A stretch of 61,466 bases of DNA, filler included, from Dugesia japonica (GCA_001938525.1; 6 parts of 6 records of this genome joined end to end with filler, not necessarily neighbours in it), one strand, 5' to 3'; counted from the whole stretch's first letter, positions 1 to 11,830 are shown. Notes: a model not told the origin generated them from the sequence alone. Made by a program: numbers and translations.

Positions 1-520
1 AATTTCAAAATCTACTGATTTTGTAATGTATTTAATACTGTTTTTTCGGTTTGATCAATTATCAATGTTAATGAAATATACTTGCTAAATGGATCTATAA
101 TAGCTAATATATATTTTTTCCTATTTCTCGAGGTTTTAAACGGTTCACAAAAATCAATTTTTATAATTTCAAATATATCTGTAGGCAACGTTTTAATTAT
201 TTCTTCTTTGGTTTTTGAAGTTACGGTTTTCTTTTGTTGACATTTTCACAGCTTTTTACAGTTTCATATATTATATCAGTTTTATTTTCCATATCAAATT
301 GTCTCGAAATATATTTGATAACATTTTTTGATCTAGCATGACATAATAATTGATGAGTATAATCAATGAATTTGATTCGCATTTCTTTTGGAATCCAAAT
401 TTTATTGTGAATAGCATAAACAATATTCTCAATTAATTTAAATTTATAATTTCTTTCAAAGCTTAAGTCACATTGATTTCTTTACACTCATCTTGCCATT
501 TACAATTATCATTTTGTAAC
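1..520 (-). pseudogene. pol: Ty3/Gypsy integrase remnant (Zn-binding domain and start of the DDE core), frameshifted
   Basis: Minus-strand translation: IWIPKEMRIKFIDYTHQLLCHARS...VKSCE/CQQKK (HHCC), then FEIIKIDFCEPF...KYILAIIDPFSKY. Confidence 0.85.
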
Positions 521-1207
521 ATTAATGCCAATATTTTTGATCCTGGTGGAATGCGGAAAGGTGTTTAAGATTTTGATATTGTGTGTGTTTGAAAAGTTTA
601 GATGAATATTTTGGTGAAGGTTTGGTGGAGAAGGAATCTGTTTGTAAAGATGTTTGTGTATGTGTGAAAGTGGACTCGGCTGTGTTGTGAGAATTTATTT
701 TAACTTTTTGGAGGTTTTTATGATATGAGCATGTCATGACTAAAATTCTGTGTATATGGGATGTATATATATCTAGAGGACTTATGGGATATGATACATG
801 GTTTTCTCTACAAGAAGTGTTAGCACGCTGGCACAGCTGATAAATTATCACGTGCTTTTTTTGAATGGTTATAGTTTTATAAGGATATGTTTGATTTTGG
901 TGATTGGTGGCTTGTTGAAGATGTAATGGGATGGTGAATATTCTGCTCGTAGAGGGGAGTTAAATTAAAGATTTTCATATCGATATTTCGATTGGTTAAT
1001 TTTTGTAAATAGTATAATAGTGCTAAACAGTATTTCTTTGGAGGGAAATATATATTGTTTGATAGGAATTTAATTAATAGACATTATGAGACTTAAATGA
1101 ATTTTTTCTATAAGGTGGTGGTAGAGTAGTGAATTTTTAAAAATGGTGTTTTTAAATAAAAATATTGTTTTTAATAAAATAATGTTTTATGGAAAATAGA
1201 TGTATTT

Positions 1208-1320
1208 TTGAGCAGTCTTGATATTTATGTACCAGATGGGGCAGTTTTGATATTTATATGAGATCGGGCAGTATTGATTTGTTTTTGCAAAAGATTGGGC
1301 AGTCTTGATATTTTTGTATA
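1208..1320 (-). repeat. Cluster of GGGCAGTCTTGATATT-type motifs
   Basis: About four imperfect copies; reverse complement of the AATATCAAGACTGCCC motifs at about 45430-45640 and 50070-50185. Confidence 0.7.
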
Positions 1321-1418
1321 TGTTCTGGTTAGTCTAAAATTTAAATATTTCAATTAAAATTAATTACTTTAAATTTATTTATTTAAATAAAATTTAATTA
1401 ATAAGATAAAATATTCAT

Positions 1419-1646
1419 AGAGGGGAGTCTTTGTGATATTTATATTATATAAAATATTCATAGAGGATATTAAATCTTCCATGATTATTTACATGATAAA
1501 CTATTCAAAGTGAAACTTTTTTTAAAAAGTCATAAATTTAAATTGATATTTTTTTGTACTTGAATTGTACTTGTTCTGCATCCTTGTTGAGAATTTTCTA
1601 AATTTTTACAATTAAATTTAATAAATCTGACGGAACGTTATCCACA
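1419..1646 (+). mobile_element. Probable polypurine tract and short 3' LTR of a Gypsy element
   Basis: AGAGGGGAG at 1419-1427, then TGTGA at 1432; candidate end TCCACA at 1646. Confidence 0.45.
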
Positions 1647-2095
1647 TATCCTTAAAAATTTAAATATTAAGTCATAGTATTGTTAGGGTGGAACACCCAG
1701 ATAATGAGAACCAAAACCACGGGGTCGTCAAACACGAAATAAGGAAAATTTGTCACCCCAATATCGTCAAAAGATAACAAAAAATGAAGAAAGTTGATAA
1801 ATATGAATAACATAACCAACCACCATCATAATTAATTAAGAAAATTATTAATTTAATATTGGTCAACGGAGAAAAAGCAATAAAGAAATTAATTAAGTAA
1901 CAGAAGAAAATTAATTAAATTGAAATAAAAAAGAAATGAAATTAGTCAAAAATCGGTTTTATCAGGATAACTTTGGCCCCTGAAGTCGGAATGAATCCGG
2001 ATAAGAATAAATGAGAAGGAGATATCCCGGTGCAATTAGAATGACAAAAAAGAAAAACCTACCATCGTCTAAAAGGTGGCTACAGGGTTCCCAAG

Positions 2096-2300
2096 ATTGG
2101 ACCAATGAAAAGTCTAAAAATAAAAATATAAAAACGAATTAAAACTCACATGATAGTCCAAAAATACCGGCCAACAGAATTGCAGGAAAGTCTGCAAAAT
2201 TCCAGAGAAGAGGTACCAATGCCAATGAAATCGTGCGATTTTGAACTAAAAATATCGGACCAATAATCAGCAAGTGAGGGTGTCTCGGAAACCCTATAAA
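2096..2300 (+). promoter_or_regulatory. U3-like promoter: CCAAT cluster plus TATA box
   Basis: CCAAT at 2102, 2216, 2222, 2260; ATTGG at 2096; TATAAA at 2295. Confidence 0.55.
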
Positions 2301-2929
2301 AAAGTACCCCAGTTTTAGCAAGAATAATCATTGTTTAAGAAAGATTTTACATCAACCAACTGCTAACTAGTTAATAAAGTGAATATCCAATCTCAACCTA
2401 CAAGTCAAAGGTATTTCATTGAAAATTATCAATTTTGTATTGAGTCTTTAAACCGATAGAATCTATAAAGGAACATCTCGTTATCAGAAAGAACCGACAA
2501 GTGGAACCAAGTAGATTAGCTCAGATTAAATTGGGAAATTGGGTCTACGAAGAAGTCATAGTAAACGTCCACACCGTTGTCACCCTGTTGCAGAAGATAC
2601 TAAATTTCAAATAAGTAAAATTTATTTTCTATGTTATGTATATTATGATAATGATGTTAAAATGTTACAATAAATGTATAAAAAAGAAATTGTTATCTTA
2701 TTAAAATAAAAATTAATTACAGAGTAAACGGGTTCTCTAGAAATAGCATATTACTGATAGTTAAAAGTAGACACGAATTGTTCTGTTTATTATTGATTGT
2801 CGGCCGAAATATCTTTTTGAACCATAATATTGGGAAAATAAAATGTAAAATAAAGCAGTAAGTCCATCCATAATGAATATTTATTAATCAAATAAAATGA
2901 AACCAACTCCGAATAAGTTATTTCACATT

Positions 2930-3770
2930 ACCTTCAATAATAATAAAAATCCGGGTTGCGGGAGTCAGATATCAAACTTTCCATCATGAGCAAGGATGCA
3001 TTTCAGAAAATTCCATCAGTATTAATTGCTACTGTAAGTTGTCGATAAATCTTTGCATTATGCCATGAGGCAAAATTCCGATAGAACTTGTATTTAGGCA
3101 CTCAGATAAAATATCATTTCCCAGTAGATGGTTGAATATTTTTCTTGCAACTGTATGAGGAGCCTCTTTTAGCAGTGATTGCATAAGGATCGATTTATTC
3201 CGTTGGAGTAACATAAATTATGAAATATCATCCATTACCGGTATTTTCAGGTATGACTCATCACACACGAATAAACTATGCCAAATTCCATGTTAACCGA
3301 TAATGACACACCTGCTTGTTTGAGCATTCCACTGTGCATGCAACAATCGAGAGTTGTGTAGTCTTCTCGTGAGACACACCTAACCTGATAAATTCGTTGG
3401 AGATAATTTGAGTTGTTGCCAGTAAGTCAAAATCACTACGATACGGGTATCGCAATAATTTAAATGACAGAAATTTCCAATATTTTACATCACTGTTGAA
3501 TTTTGTGAATATTGTTACCTTGCATATCCTTATGATCACCCTTATTTAATTTTATTGTTATTATTACGGTTATTATTATTATTAATATCATTATTATTAT
3601 TATTCGTATCACCCTTGTTAATAATCCTACTATCTGCATTGGTGTTATCAATTGAGGGATTTTGGATATCATTATTAAAATTAACATTATTNTATTGCTA
3701 AGGGGGTTGTCAATTTTTTNTCCTATATATATTTTGTAGTTTTAACCACATNATCCATGTCCGAACGGCT
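2930..3770 (-). pseudogene. Disrupted antisense cargo gene of element A (Asn-rich N-terminus, Cys-containing middle, helical C-terminus)
   Basis: Consecutive minus-strand ORF pieces 3276-3539 and 3029-3214 and an upstream poly-Asn stretch, broken by stops/frameshifts. Confidence 0.4.
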
Positions 3771-3833
3771 TCATTAAAATTAATACATTTAGTATTATCC
3801 GACAGGAATGATGATGAGTTTTATTTAAGGAAA

Positions 3834-4073
3834 CTAAATTATTAGTAAGGTTGGTAAATATCTTATCCTATATGCAGCTCCGGACCAGCGAATAGTGTCG
3901 GATTTTACGAGAAAACGCGCAGCAACGATAAGCTGTTCGTAATCAACAAATGATAGCCCACCGATTAACTTCAGGCCGGATGAAACAGATTTGTGCTGTT
4001 TCGCCGAAATGTTTCCTAAGAACATGCAATAAGATTTAGAGGCGGGATAGTTTTCTTATTTTTTTGTCGTCAT
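3834..4073 (-). pseudogene. Small antisense cargo ORF of element A
   Basis: MTTKK*ENYPASKSYC runs in frame into ORF 3834-4025; acceptor-like TTTTATTTCCAG ending at 4098; minus-strand AATAAA at 3820-3825. Confidence 0.4.
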
Positions 4074-4197
4074 GGTTAGCGATGCGCTGGTTTGTACCTG
4101 GAAATAAAATATTAAATTGCGTGCATTTAGTGTGGTTGTCTTTTATGTTCCAAATTGCTATAGTTAAGTTTGATTCATTCTATTTTTTATCTTAGAT

Positions 4198-4563
4198 ATG
4201 GAATCAGTTTGGATACGTGTCGTGGATAGAAGGACCCGACGGCTAATCCTATGGAGGTGTCACAACCCTCATCAACGTGATGCCGGGATTTTAGTCGATC
4301 GCTCGTATTTACCCCCGGTCGAGTCCATAGTGGGACGTATTAACGATTTTGGTGAAAGACAAAGATATCGGGTGTGGACTGGTCCCGATCGCACACATAC
4401 TACTTCTTTCACGTATCAACGGACCACTCCTCCACCCGCCCCTGCGATTCAGGCGTTCATAGCGAATCTTTCCTGGGGAGTCCGAGAACCAGATGGGGTC
4501 ACGGATGTGGAAAATACCGCCCCCGACCCCGATAATAATAACCCTCCATCATCCAATGTTTAG
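4198..4563 (+). CDS. Orphan 121-aa protein, cargo of element A
   Basis: Intact ATG ORF, clearly more GC-rich than flanks; TTTTTTATCTTAG ends at 4195; AATAAA at 4576. Confidence 0.6.
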   Translation: MESVWIRVVDRRTRRLILWRCHNPHQRDAGILVDRSYLPPVESIVGRINDFGERQRYRVWTGPDRTHTTSFTYQRTTPPPAPAIQAFIANLSWGVREPDGVTDVENTAPDPDNNNPPSSNV

Positions 4564-4789
4564 TGTTGATAGAATAATAAATAAGTATTCAATTCATGCT
4601 TTAATATAAATTTTCGAATGAATAAGAGTTCTAGTAGTCAAATATAATTAGATTTTAATTTTAATTTTTTTTGTGTAATGAGATGGGCCGTATAATTTCA
4701 TTTATTAACGTTGGAGTAAAATGATCAACTGATCTAATACTAGTTGTATTAAGTAAAAATTTATCTCATTAGGCCCTATTTGTATTTTA

Positions 4790-5149
4790 GTGCATTCGTC
4801 TTTAAATAGATTCCAGGCCCCTACTAAGAAAGTACGGGAAGATAAAGATAACCAAGAGATGACTTGGGACCTTTATAGGATGGCAAAAAGGCGATGGGAA
4901 GCGGAAATCGCCACAGCAGACGCTAAAGTAAAGCGATACAAACGTAAATGCCTAAATTTTAAGGCAGAGATGGAGGCCTCCCATAATCAAGAGCGGGTGT
5001 GGAAGTCTCAGGTCGAGACTCTTACCAACATGATCAAGNNNNNNNNNNNNNNNNNNNNNNNNNNNNNNNNNNNNNNNNNNAAGTTACGAGCCACGATGCC
5101 TCTACCACCCCTCTTGATTGATAAGGGCACTCAAACGAATCGGTCTTGA
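4790..5149 (+). CDS. Orphan basic coiled-coil protein, cargo of element A (spans an N gap)
   Basis: Open frame begins at TATTTTAG (AG 4789-4790); first ATG 4859; charged helical sequence; AATAAA at 5179. Confidence 0.5.
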   Translation: MHSSLNRFQAPTKKVREDKDNQEMTWDLYRMAKRRWEAEIATADAKVKRYKRKCLNFKAEMEASHNQERVWKSQVETLTNMIKXXXXXXXXXXXXXXKLRATMPLPPLLIDKGTQTNRS

Positions 5150-5366
5150 GTTACTCTAACTACATTTTAGTAGTTTTTAATAAATTAATTTTGTCCTACT
5201 TTGTCTAAGTCATTACGTTAATTCTAAATTTGATTTTTGCCAAATTGACTATACTTTTCATTCAGTGCCCCGAATTAACTTCCCCAACAGTATCCGGAGG
5301 TGCCATAGAATTATGCGCCACTTACTGGTCGAATGACATTTAAAACGTAAGACCGATAAGGCACTT

Positions 5367-5642
5367 ATGAGACATCTCAATCAGAGGGATCAACTTATAA
5401 AAAAATTAGATCTGATCGTAAGAAAACAAACGGATCGGGCAGCCCAAACCAAGGCCCTTGAGGCAGAGAATAGACAAATACTGTTGACAAAGATCGAATT
5501 TCTCAAACAGTATATCGCTGACCTCTCCCGACAGATAAACAGCCCCACAATATTACAATGGGATGATAACGACGATATAGCTGCGTTCAATTTCTCTGTG
5601 TCGATCCAGACCAATGGTTGGATCCAGGAGCGCTTGATTTAA
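5367..5642 (+). CDS. Orphan coiled-coil protein, cargo of element A
   Basis: 91-aa ATG ORF; in-frame ATG at 5313 separated by one TGA; TTTTCATTCAG ends at 5265; AATAAA at 5660. Confidence 0.5.
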   Translation: MRHLNQRDQLIKKLDLIVRKQTDRAAQTKALEAENRQILLTKIEFLKQYIADLSRQINSPTILQWDDNDDIAAFNFSVSIQTNGWIQERLI

Positions 5643-5891
5643 TTTAAATGTTTTTATATAATAAATATTTGTAATTTCTTGTCTTGGATAATACCAAAAA
5701 ATTAAAAAATATTGAACCCGAAGTATAGGTTTATCGGTGTGTACCTTCCATTAAGAGTAGGGTCAACTGCCATAAACTGAAAACCTACCCCAGAGACGGT
5801 AGGGTAAATTCTTGAAAGGGTTCCACTGAGGGCTGTTTTTTCCCCAGCCACTTTTTCTGGTTACTCGACTCAGGTGGGGCCCCAACAGTAT

Positions 5892-7195
5892 TGTTAGGGT
5901 TTCATCTAGGTGGATTAAATTTAATAATTAAGTCTAGGGTGACCTAGTAAAACCCCACGTAGAATTTAATCTGGCATCTCCAAAAATCTAGATCTTTGGA
6001 ATAGAGCCGTTGATATGGAATCCGAGTACAAACTCGCATTCCTTTGATTTGGGCTCAAACTTCACGATATTCACTTGATTTTCAAATTATTCTTGATTCC
6101 TATTAATTATTTTCCTAATAGTCTTTATTTTGTCGATTTAAACTTTATGAGTCGTTTAGCAGTCTTAACTATTTTATCAAGTTTAATCTGAATAAATTAT
6201 AAATTTTTCCAGTTTGGGGTTAAATTAATTTTCATAAAAACAAAAAATAAATTTTAACAGCAAAAAGTATATTAAAAATTCCAACTTTACTGGTGGTACA
6301 TTAACTTAACAATTAAAACAATCTATAGAACTAACGTGATCTAAATCCCGATACAGAGCAAGCATAATGTTGTGATATTCATTATTTCCATTGTTGATAG
6401 TGACCCGAGAGGTCCTCCATAATGTTCCATATTGGAATCAAGCCGGAAATTGCTTTACCTGAAATCAAATAGTTAAAGTAATAACCTTCTGTAATAATTG
6501 AAATTTTTTGTTAGACTTCAGTATTTTTTCTTGATAAAGATTTATTTTTTGGTGAAAATTACATCGGTATTTATACCTGTTTTTCTTCACACCTTCGTTT
6601 CTTTTATTGGTTTTTTGAAAATATACGATTTTTCTAATGCTTCTATTGGCTTGATCGTCACATGAGTCCTTCTTATTGGTTAATAGTTTTGAATTCCAAA
6701 ACTATTGGTCAATCTTCAAACCCTTGTATCTTCTTTCCTAATTTTGCTATGACTTTTTAACTTAGATTTTCGAAATTTCCGATTTCTCTTGACCATAATG
6801 ATTTTAATTGCTAATTTTTCCTTCACGGGTAGTTATCGATTTTGTCATATTTAACAAAATGTTTAATTTTGTTTAAAAATAAATCATTTTAATTCGTAAT
6901 ATTTATTTTATTTAAATAAATATATTATTCATTTTATTTTCTTTTTAATTAAAATTTTGATGTTCATTTTTTCGTTTTCCGATCTGAAATTAATTTAAGT
7001 TCGTCGTTTTTTCTTTCATTAATTAATTTAATCAATTCCGAAAAACTTCTGTCCCGGAATTCAAAGCTCTTGTTTAATAGATTCTTCGTCTTGTCCTCTT
7101 TATTGATTGCTCATAGTGCTCACTTTCTCCGATCAATTTCCAGCTCACTAATTGAACCTAAAAGACAATTATAATAACACTTAAATTCACATACA
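5892..7195 (-). mobile_element. Large LTR fragment (element B), reverse orientation
   Basis: Starts TGTTAGGGTTTCATCTAGGTGG, the near reverse complement of the end at 19407; colinear inverted similarity to 17800-19407; minus-strand TATA at 6570-6575 and several ATTGG. Confidence 0.75.
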
Positions 7196-7639
7196 CTCGG
7201 AGTTTGCATTCAATTGTACTGTATCAAAGTCAACAGAATAATTATACACTTCTAGAATTTAAAATGGCCACGGAAGAAATGCGAGTGGCCTTTTAAATTC
7301 AAGGGGAAGAAAGAAGGGACTTGCCTGTCTTAGTCCGTATTTTTACAAATACTCCTATAAACAACAGTAGAATTAGAAAATACGAGTTATTAAAAATATA
7401 TTCTGAAAATTTACATAAACAGTAAAAATTTATTAGGATCATGTAAATTTTAAAGTTTGATAAATTTGTAAAAAATCGCGCCTAAAAGTGTAGACATAAT
7501 TCCAAAATTTCTTATTTGAGCATTATTTTTAAATTTTGATGTCATTTAAATACTTTAAAGAAAATATAAATTAAGAATATTACATTGCATTAATATCAAT
7601 TATATTTAAAACCTTAAATATTTACTTTGCGGAAAGACA

Positions 7640-8060
7640 AACTGAAAATGAAAAGATATTGCATTCATTGTCAACATAACTCATGCATGAGTTATATACA
7701 CTCAATTATATCAATCAGACTAATGCTTTCGTCATTACGGTTAAAATAGAAAGAAAACGTGTTACAAACAATAAAATTGAATTCCCTTGCTTCAAACTTT
7801 CAAATTATCCACGAAACTTCTTTAAATCACTGAAAACTATCTTTGACAAATAAAAAAAGAAAAGTTGTGTTCTAAATTTGATTTTACAAAGCTTCAAAGG
7901 TGCTTAGTAGCTAGAATTATCGGGCAGAAAAATTCTAGATAGGCTTACGTTTTGTGAAAAATACGAAGAATGAAACGCTAAAACTAAAATGTGGTATTTA
8001 CAGATGAATTGACGTTTGAACAATTATTCAATAATACTTCACGTGTTTTCCAGTGAAAAT
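7640..8060 (+). pseudogene. Tc1-like transposase remnant
   Basis: DRLTFCEKYEE* followed by NVVFTDELTFE, resembling Tc1 RL.FA..Y..W...VIFSDE. Confidence 0.45.
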
Positions 8061-8203
8061 CAATTAAAAGAACAATAACAAAATGAGAAATCAGAACCTT
8101 GTTTTTAATTTAAAGTTTTTCAATAATGTAATATAAAATATTTTCATTTACTGTTCTAATCTTTTGAATTGAAAGTCATTTATTTTTAATTGCATATTTC
8201 AAC

Positions 8204-8303
8204 NNNNNNNNNNNNNNNNNNNNNNNNNNNNNNNNNNNNNNNNNNNNTTAATTAATTAANNNNNNNNNNNNNNNNNNNNNNNNNNNNNNNNNNNNNNNNN
8301 NNN
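8204..8303. other. Artificial assembly spacer (also around 19515, 30479, 40259, 51184)
   Basis: Identical N-TTAATTAATTAA-N blocks; the core has stops in all six frames. Confidence 0.95.
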
Positions 8304-8369
8304 AAAAGTAGAATTTAATTGTTGGAAAAAAATTACATTATTATTAATAATATTGATGTATTATATTTT

Positions 8370-8532
8370 AAAATTATTGAATTTATTTTTCGACTTTGCC
8401 TTTGTCAGGAATTTACTTTTTAAAAATTAATTAGTAATTTTTAAAAAGCCAATTCATGACGAAGACAAAGTCTAAATATAGAATTATTATCAAAAAACAA
8501 ATTTTGATCGAAGCTTTTATTTTAAATGAATA
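8370..8532. mobile_element. Degenerate palindromic Penelope-like element end with two mutated hammerhead motifs
   Basis: Same arms as 27009-27244; reads QILIEAFILNEY, similar to a GIY-YIG C-terminus. Confidence 0.6.
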
Positions 8533-9259
8533 TATTTCATTTGTTAGGAACCAATTGTATTTCCAAAATAAAGCAAATATTATTCTTGATTTTCCTTTAT
8601 CAAATCACTCTTTCAAAACTCAAATTGATTATTGGAATAAAATATAAAAATTAGGCTTCATCCATATATTATGTACGCAATAAACTCCAGATTCTGAAAC
8701 ATCTCCCGTCACCCTCTTGCATCGCGTACATTTTTAGACCACCCTCACCTATATGTACATACACAAGGCGGTCTTTTCTCAGTGTAAATTAGCATAAAAT
8801 AATTGTCGTTTTTAAAAATGGTTTTCATAGCGTATATTTTTAAAATTGAAGTTTTTATTAATTCAATAATAGTTATTAATTAAATGTACTTTTATAGAAA
8901 AATAAAACCAAAAAATAGTAATTTTGGCAAAAAATCAAGCCCTAATAAACCTGAAGAATTATAAATCATATTTGTTCATACCAGTGATAACCCTAAAATA
9001 TGGACTAAATCTAAATCTGGAATTAATTTGATCACTATGATAATATAAACTAAAAATGTGTTAATCATTTAAAGAAACAAAAACAAATTAAATTAAAGAG
9101 ATGAATATTAAAACTTCGATTAATCTTAATATATATATATATATATATATGTATATACTTTGATTATTTTCATTTATAAATTTTAACATATTAAATGTTT
9201 TCCGGTTAGCCAAGTACTATATAAATATTTCATTGAAATTTTATCCAGGAAATGATGAA

Positions 9260-9650
9260 TAAAATAATCGAAAAATAAAAATTTCGATGGTTTATACAGA
9301 CAATATTCTCATATTTACCGAAACAAAGGAGTAATACTATTAAATAGTCAATAAAGAATTGACAGAAACTAAGAATACTGGTTTAAGGGTATAATCTGGA
9401 GAAATGCCAATTCATACGAAAGAAGATCAAATTTCTAGAACACGTAATCAGTAAAGAAGGTATAAAAACCGATCCAACTAAAATAGAAGCAATTAAGAAC
9501 TTTGGTAAACCAAAATTCTTTTAGATGAGAAGCTTTTTGTGAATTTGCAATTACGATCGCAAATTTATTAAAGACTATTCGAAAAAATCTAGATTGTTGG
9601 AAGAACTGTGTAGTGGACAAATTAATAAGATTGAATGGGCAAACAAATTA
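9260..9650 (+). pseudogene. pol: Ty3/Gypsy reverse transcriptase C-terminal remnant
   Basis: VYTDNILIFTET (YxDD decayed); NLEKCQFIRKKIKFLEHVISKEGIKTDPTKIEAIKNF; CNYDRKFIKDYS. Confidence 0.85.
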
Positions 9651-10316
9651 AAATAATAATAGCAATAATGATAATAAAAATATTTTCCAGTAGGATGGAT
9701 ATCAAGAATAATTAAAAATAAAATAACTATCAAATTAATTGTAATGATACTAATAGCCTCAATAATATTAGCAAAAAGACAGGTTAATAAAGCAAATTAA
9801 CAAATGATATTTCTACTATTATGGCTCGACATTAATAATTTGGGTAGATATTACTCATAATAACCACACGTAAGTTTAATACAACTGATTCTTATTAGTG
9901 ACTAGTCAGTAGCACATCATCAACGGTAGTGACTAAGAATAATTATAATCAACAAAATTGGATAGATTTAACAAGTAGTGCAATAGTTGGATGTCAGTTA
10001 CACTATCATAAGTTTAAGAGCTACAATGCTTAATATTGTAAGTTCTTTATTATTAAAAATTTTTGTATTTTTNNNNNNNNNNNNNNNNNNNNNNNNNNNN
10101 NNNNNNNNNTTTTAAGTAAAAGTTTTTACATGAAAATAATTATATGACAATTTTTAGATAAATTTTAGGTCAATTTTTAGATATAAATTTATAGAGAAGA
10201 AGAAATTATATATTTATTTACAAAATATTGGTTTTTTTGGGGTGTGTTTAACTAAAAATCATGGGAGTTTATATACCTTTTTTCTCTATCATTGGCCCAC
10301 TATTTTTGTTTTTCGG

Positions 10317-10340
10317 TTCTTACATTTTATTGGCGCCAAC
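10317..10340 (+). promoter_or_regulatory. Candidate LTR end and tRNA-Lys-type primer-binding site
   Basis: ...TCTTACA TTTTAT TGGCGCCAAC, one base short of TGGCGCCCAAC. Confidence 0.4.
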
Positions 10341-11404
10341 TCCAAAACTCTTACATTTTCGAAGATTTTTAGTTATTCTATTGTTGCCTATTTTTAGAGC
10401 ACCTGCTGACTTTCTTGTCTTTATTCTTATAACGTTTTTTGGTTTACCATTGGCCTAAACTTTAAAGCCTTTTTACCAATCTTTTGAAAGTGCTAACATC
10501 TTTGACGCCACAAAATCAAATTCCTCTTCACATAAGCTTCCTAATTTTTCTTGTCCCGAAGGTTTTGATCCATCCGTAGGAAAGTTATTCGCCTTTTTAC
10601 AATTTCTGACTGAATTATTTTTCTTTTTCTGGAAAAACTAATTAATTTTCATTCATTATTTTTAGTTGTATTTTTATAATATTTCGTTTATTTTGTTTAT
10701 GAATTATAATTCCTATAATTGGATTTGATTAATATTATTATTTTTGTCACTTCTTTATTCTTAATGTACTTCCTCTTATCTTCTTTTGATTATTTTTTAC
10801 AATTTATTATCTAGATAGAATATATTATTAAATAATACCCTTGTTTCATATTCTTTCTTCTTACATAGCTAAAGCTAAAAGTTCTTTTTTAATCGGGTGT
10901 TCCAACAATTGTAATAACAATTTAGTAAATCTAACCTGCATCTCATCAACTGTAACAACAACTGCATCACCTTTGTCTTCTCAAATAAATGACTTTAAAT
11001 ATTTCATTACATTAACTGCACTAGGAATAGCATTGAATTTAACGTTTTAATTGAATTGGTGGTGATAGCAACCTCGCAGAATGTAACTTCTCACTGAATT
11101 ACCTAAAAATATTTTTAGTTATGATTACCATAGTAACATCGTCTCATTGAATTGCATGGATTGTTTAAAGATGATTGGCTTCAATAGTGACAATCTCTCA
11201 GCGTATGACGTAGTTTTTGTTTACCAATGGTGATAGCAACACCATCTCTTTAAATTGGATAGAATATCTCGGTTTATTAATTGTGGTCATAATATCATCT
11301 CATACAATTGCACAATATAATTTCAGTTTATTAGCTGCGATAGGAATTACTTCTAATAAAATTGTACAAAATAATTTCGGTTTAGTAACTGTGAAAGAAA
11401 TATT

Positions 11405-11830
11405 TGTTCAGATATAAAAAATAATTTAAATTTAATTGCTCTTATAAAAAATGATTTTTCATGGCTAATTTCATGTAAAATGGTTCAGATATAAAAACGT
11501 ATTTTTCATAGTTAAATTCAGGCATAATTGTTCAGATAGAAAAAGGAATTGAATTTAATTGCTCTTATAAAAAAGGTTTTTTTTTCATAGCTAATTTCAT
11601 GTATAATGTTTCAGATATAAAAAAGAATTTAAGTTTAATTGCTCTTATGATAAAGGATTGTCTCATAGTTAATTTTGCGAATAGTGGTTAAAATATAAAA
11701 AGGATTCCACGCTTCTAAACAAAAAAAGGATTTTCACGCATAATTATTCGAATATTAAAAGGATTTCAAGCTTAATTGTTCTCATAAAATGGGAATTACA
11801 TGGTTGATTTTACGCATAGCTGTTCAAAGA
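11405..11830. repeat. Degenerate tandem array of alternating ~33 and ~46 bp subunits
   Basis: Recurrent TTCAGATATAAAAA, TTTAATTGCTCTTATAAAAA and TTCATAGCTAATTTCATG. Confidence 0.75.

Larger units (their letters stand above)
1681..5887 (+). mobile_element. 4.2-kb solo-LTR-like element with cargo ORFs (element A)
   Basis: Begins TGTTAGGG, ends CCCCAACA (imperfect terminal inverted repeat), GTAT on both sides (1677-1680, 5888-5891); no gag/pol inside. Confidence 0.75.

Noticed and set aside
522-851. 109-aa ORF as a gene
   Set aside because: Low-complexity, non-ATG start, no recognisable motif
8651-8770. Harbinger-like terminal sequence
   Set aside because: No partner end or TSD found
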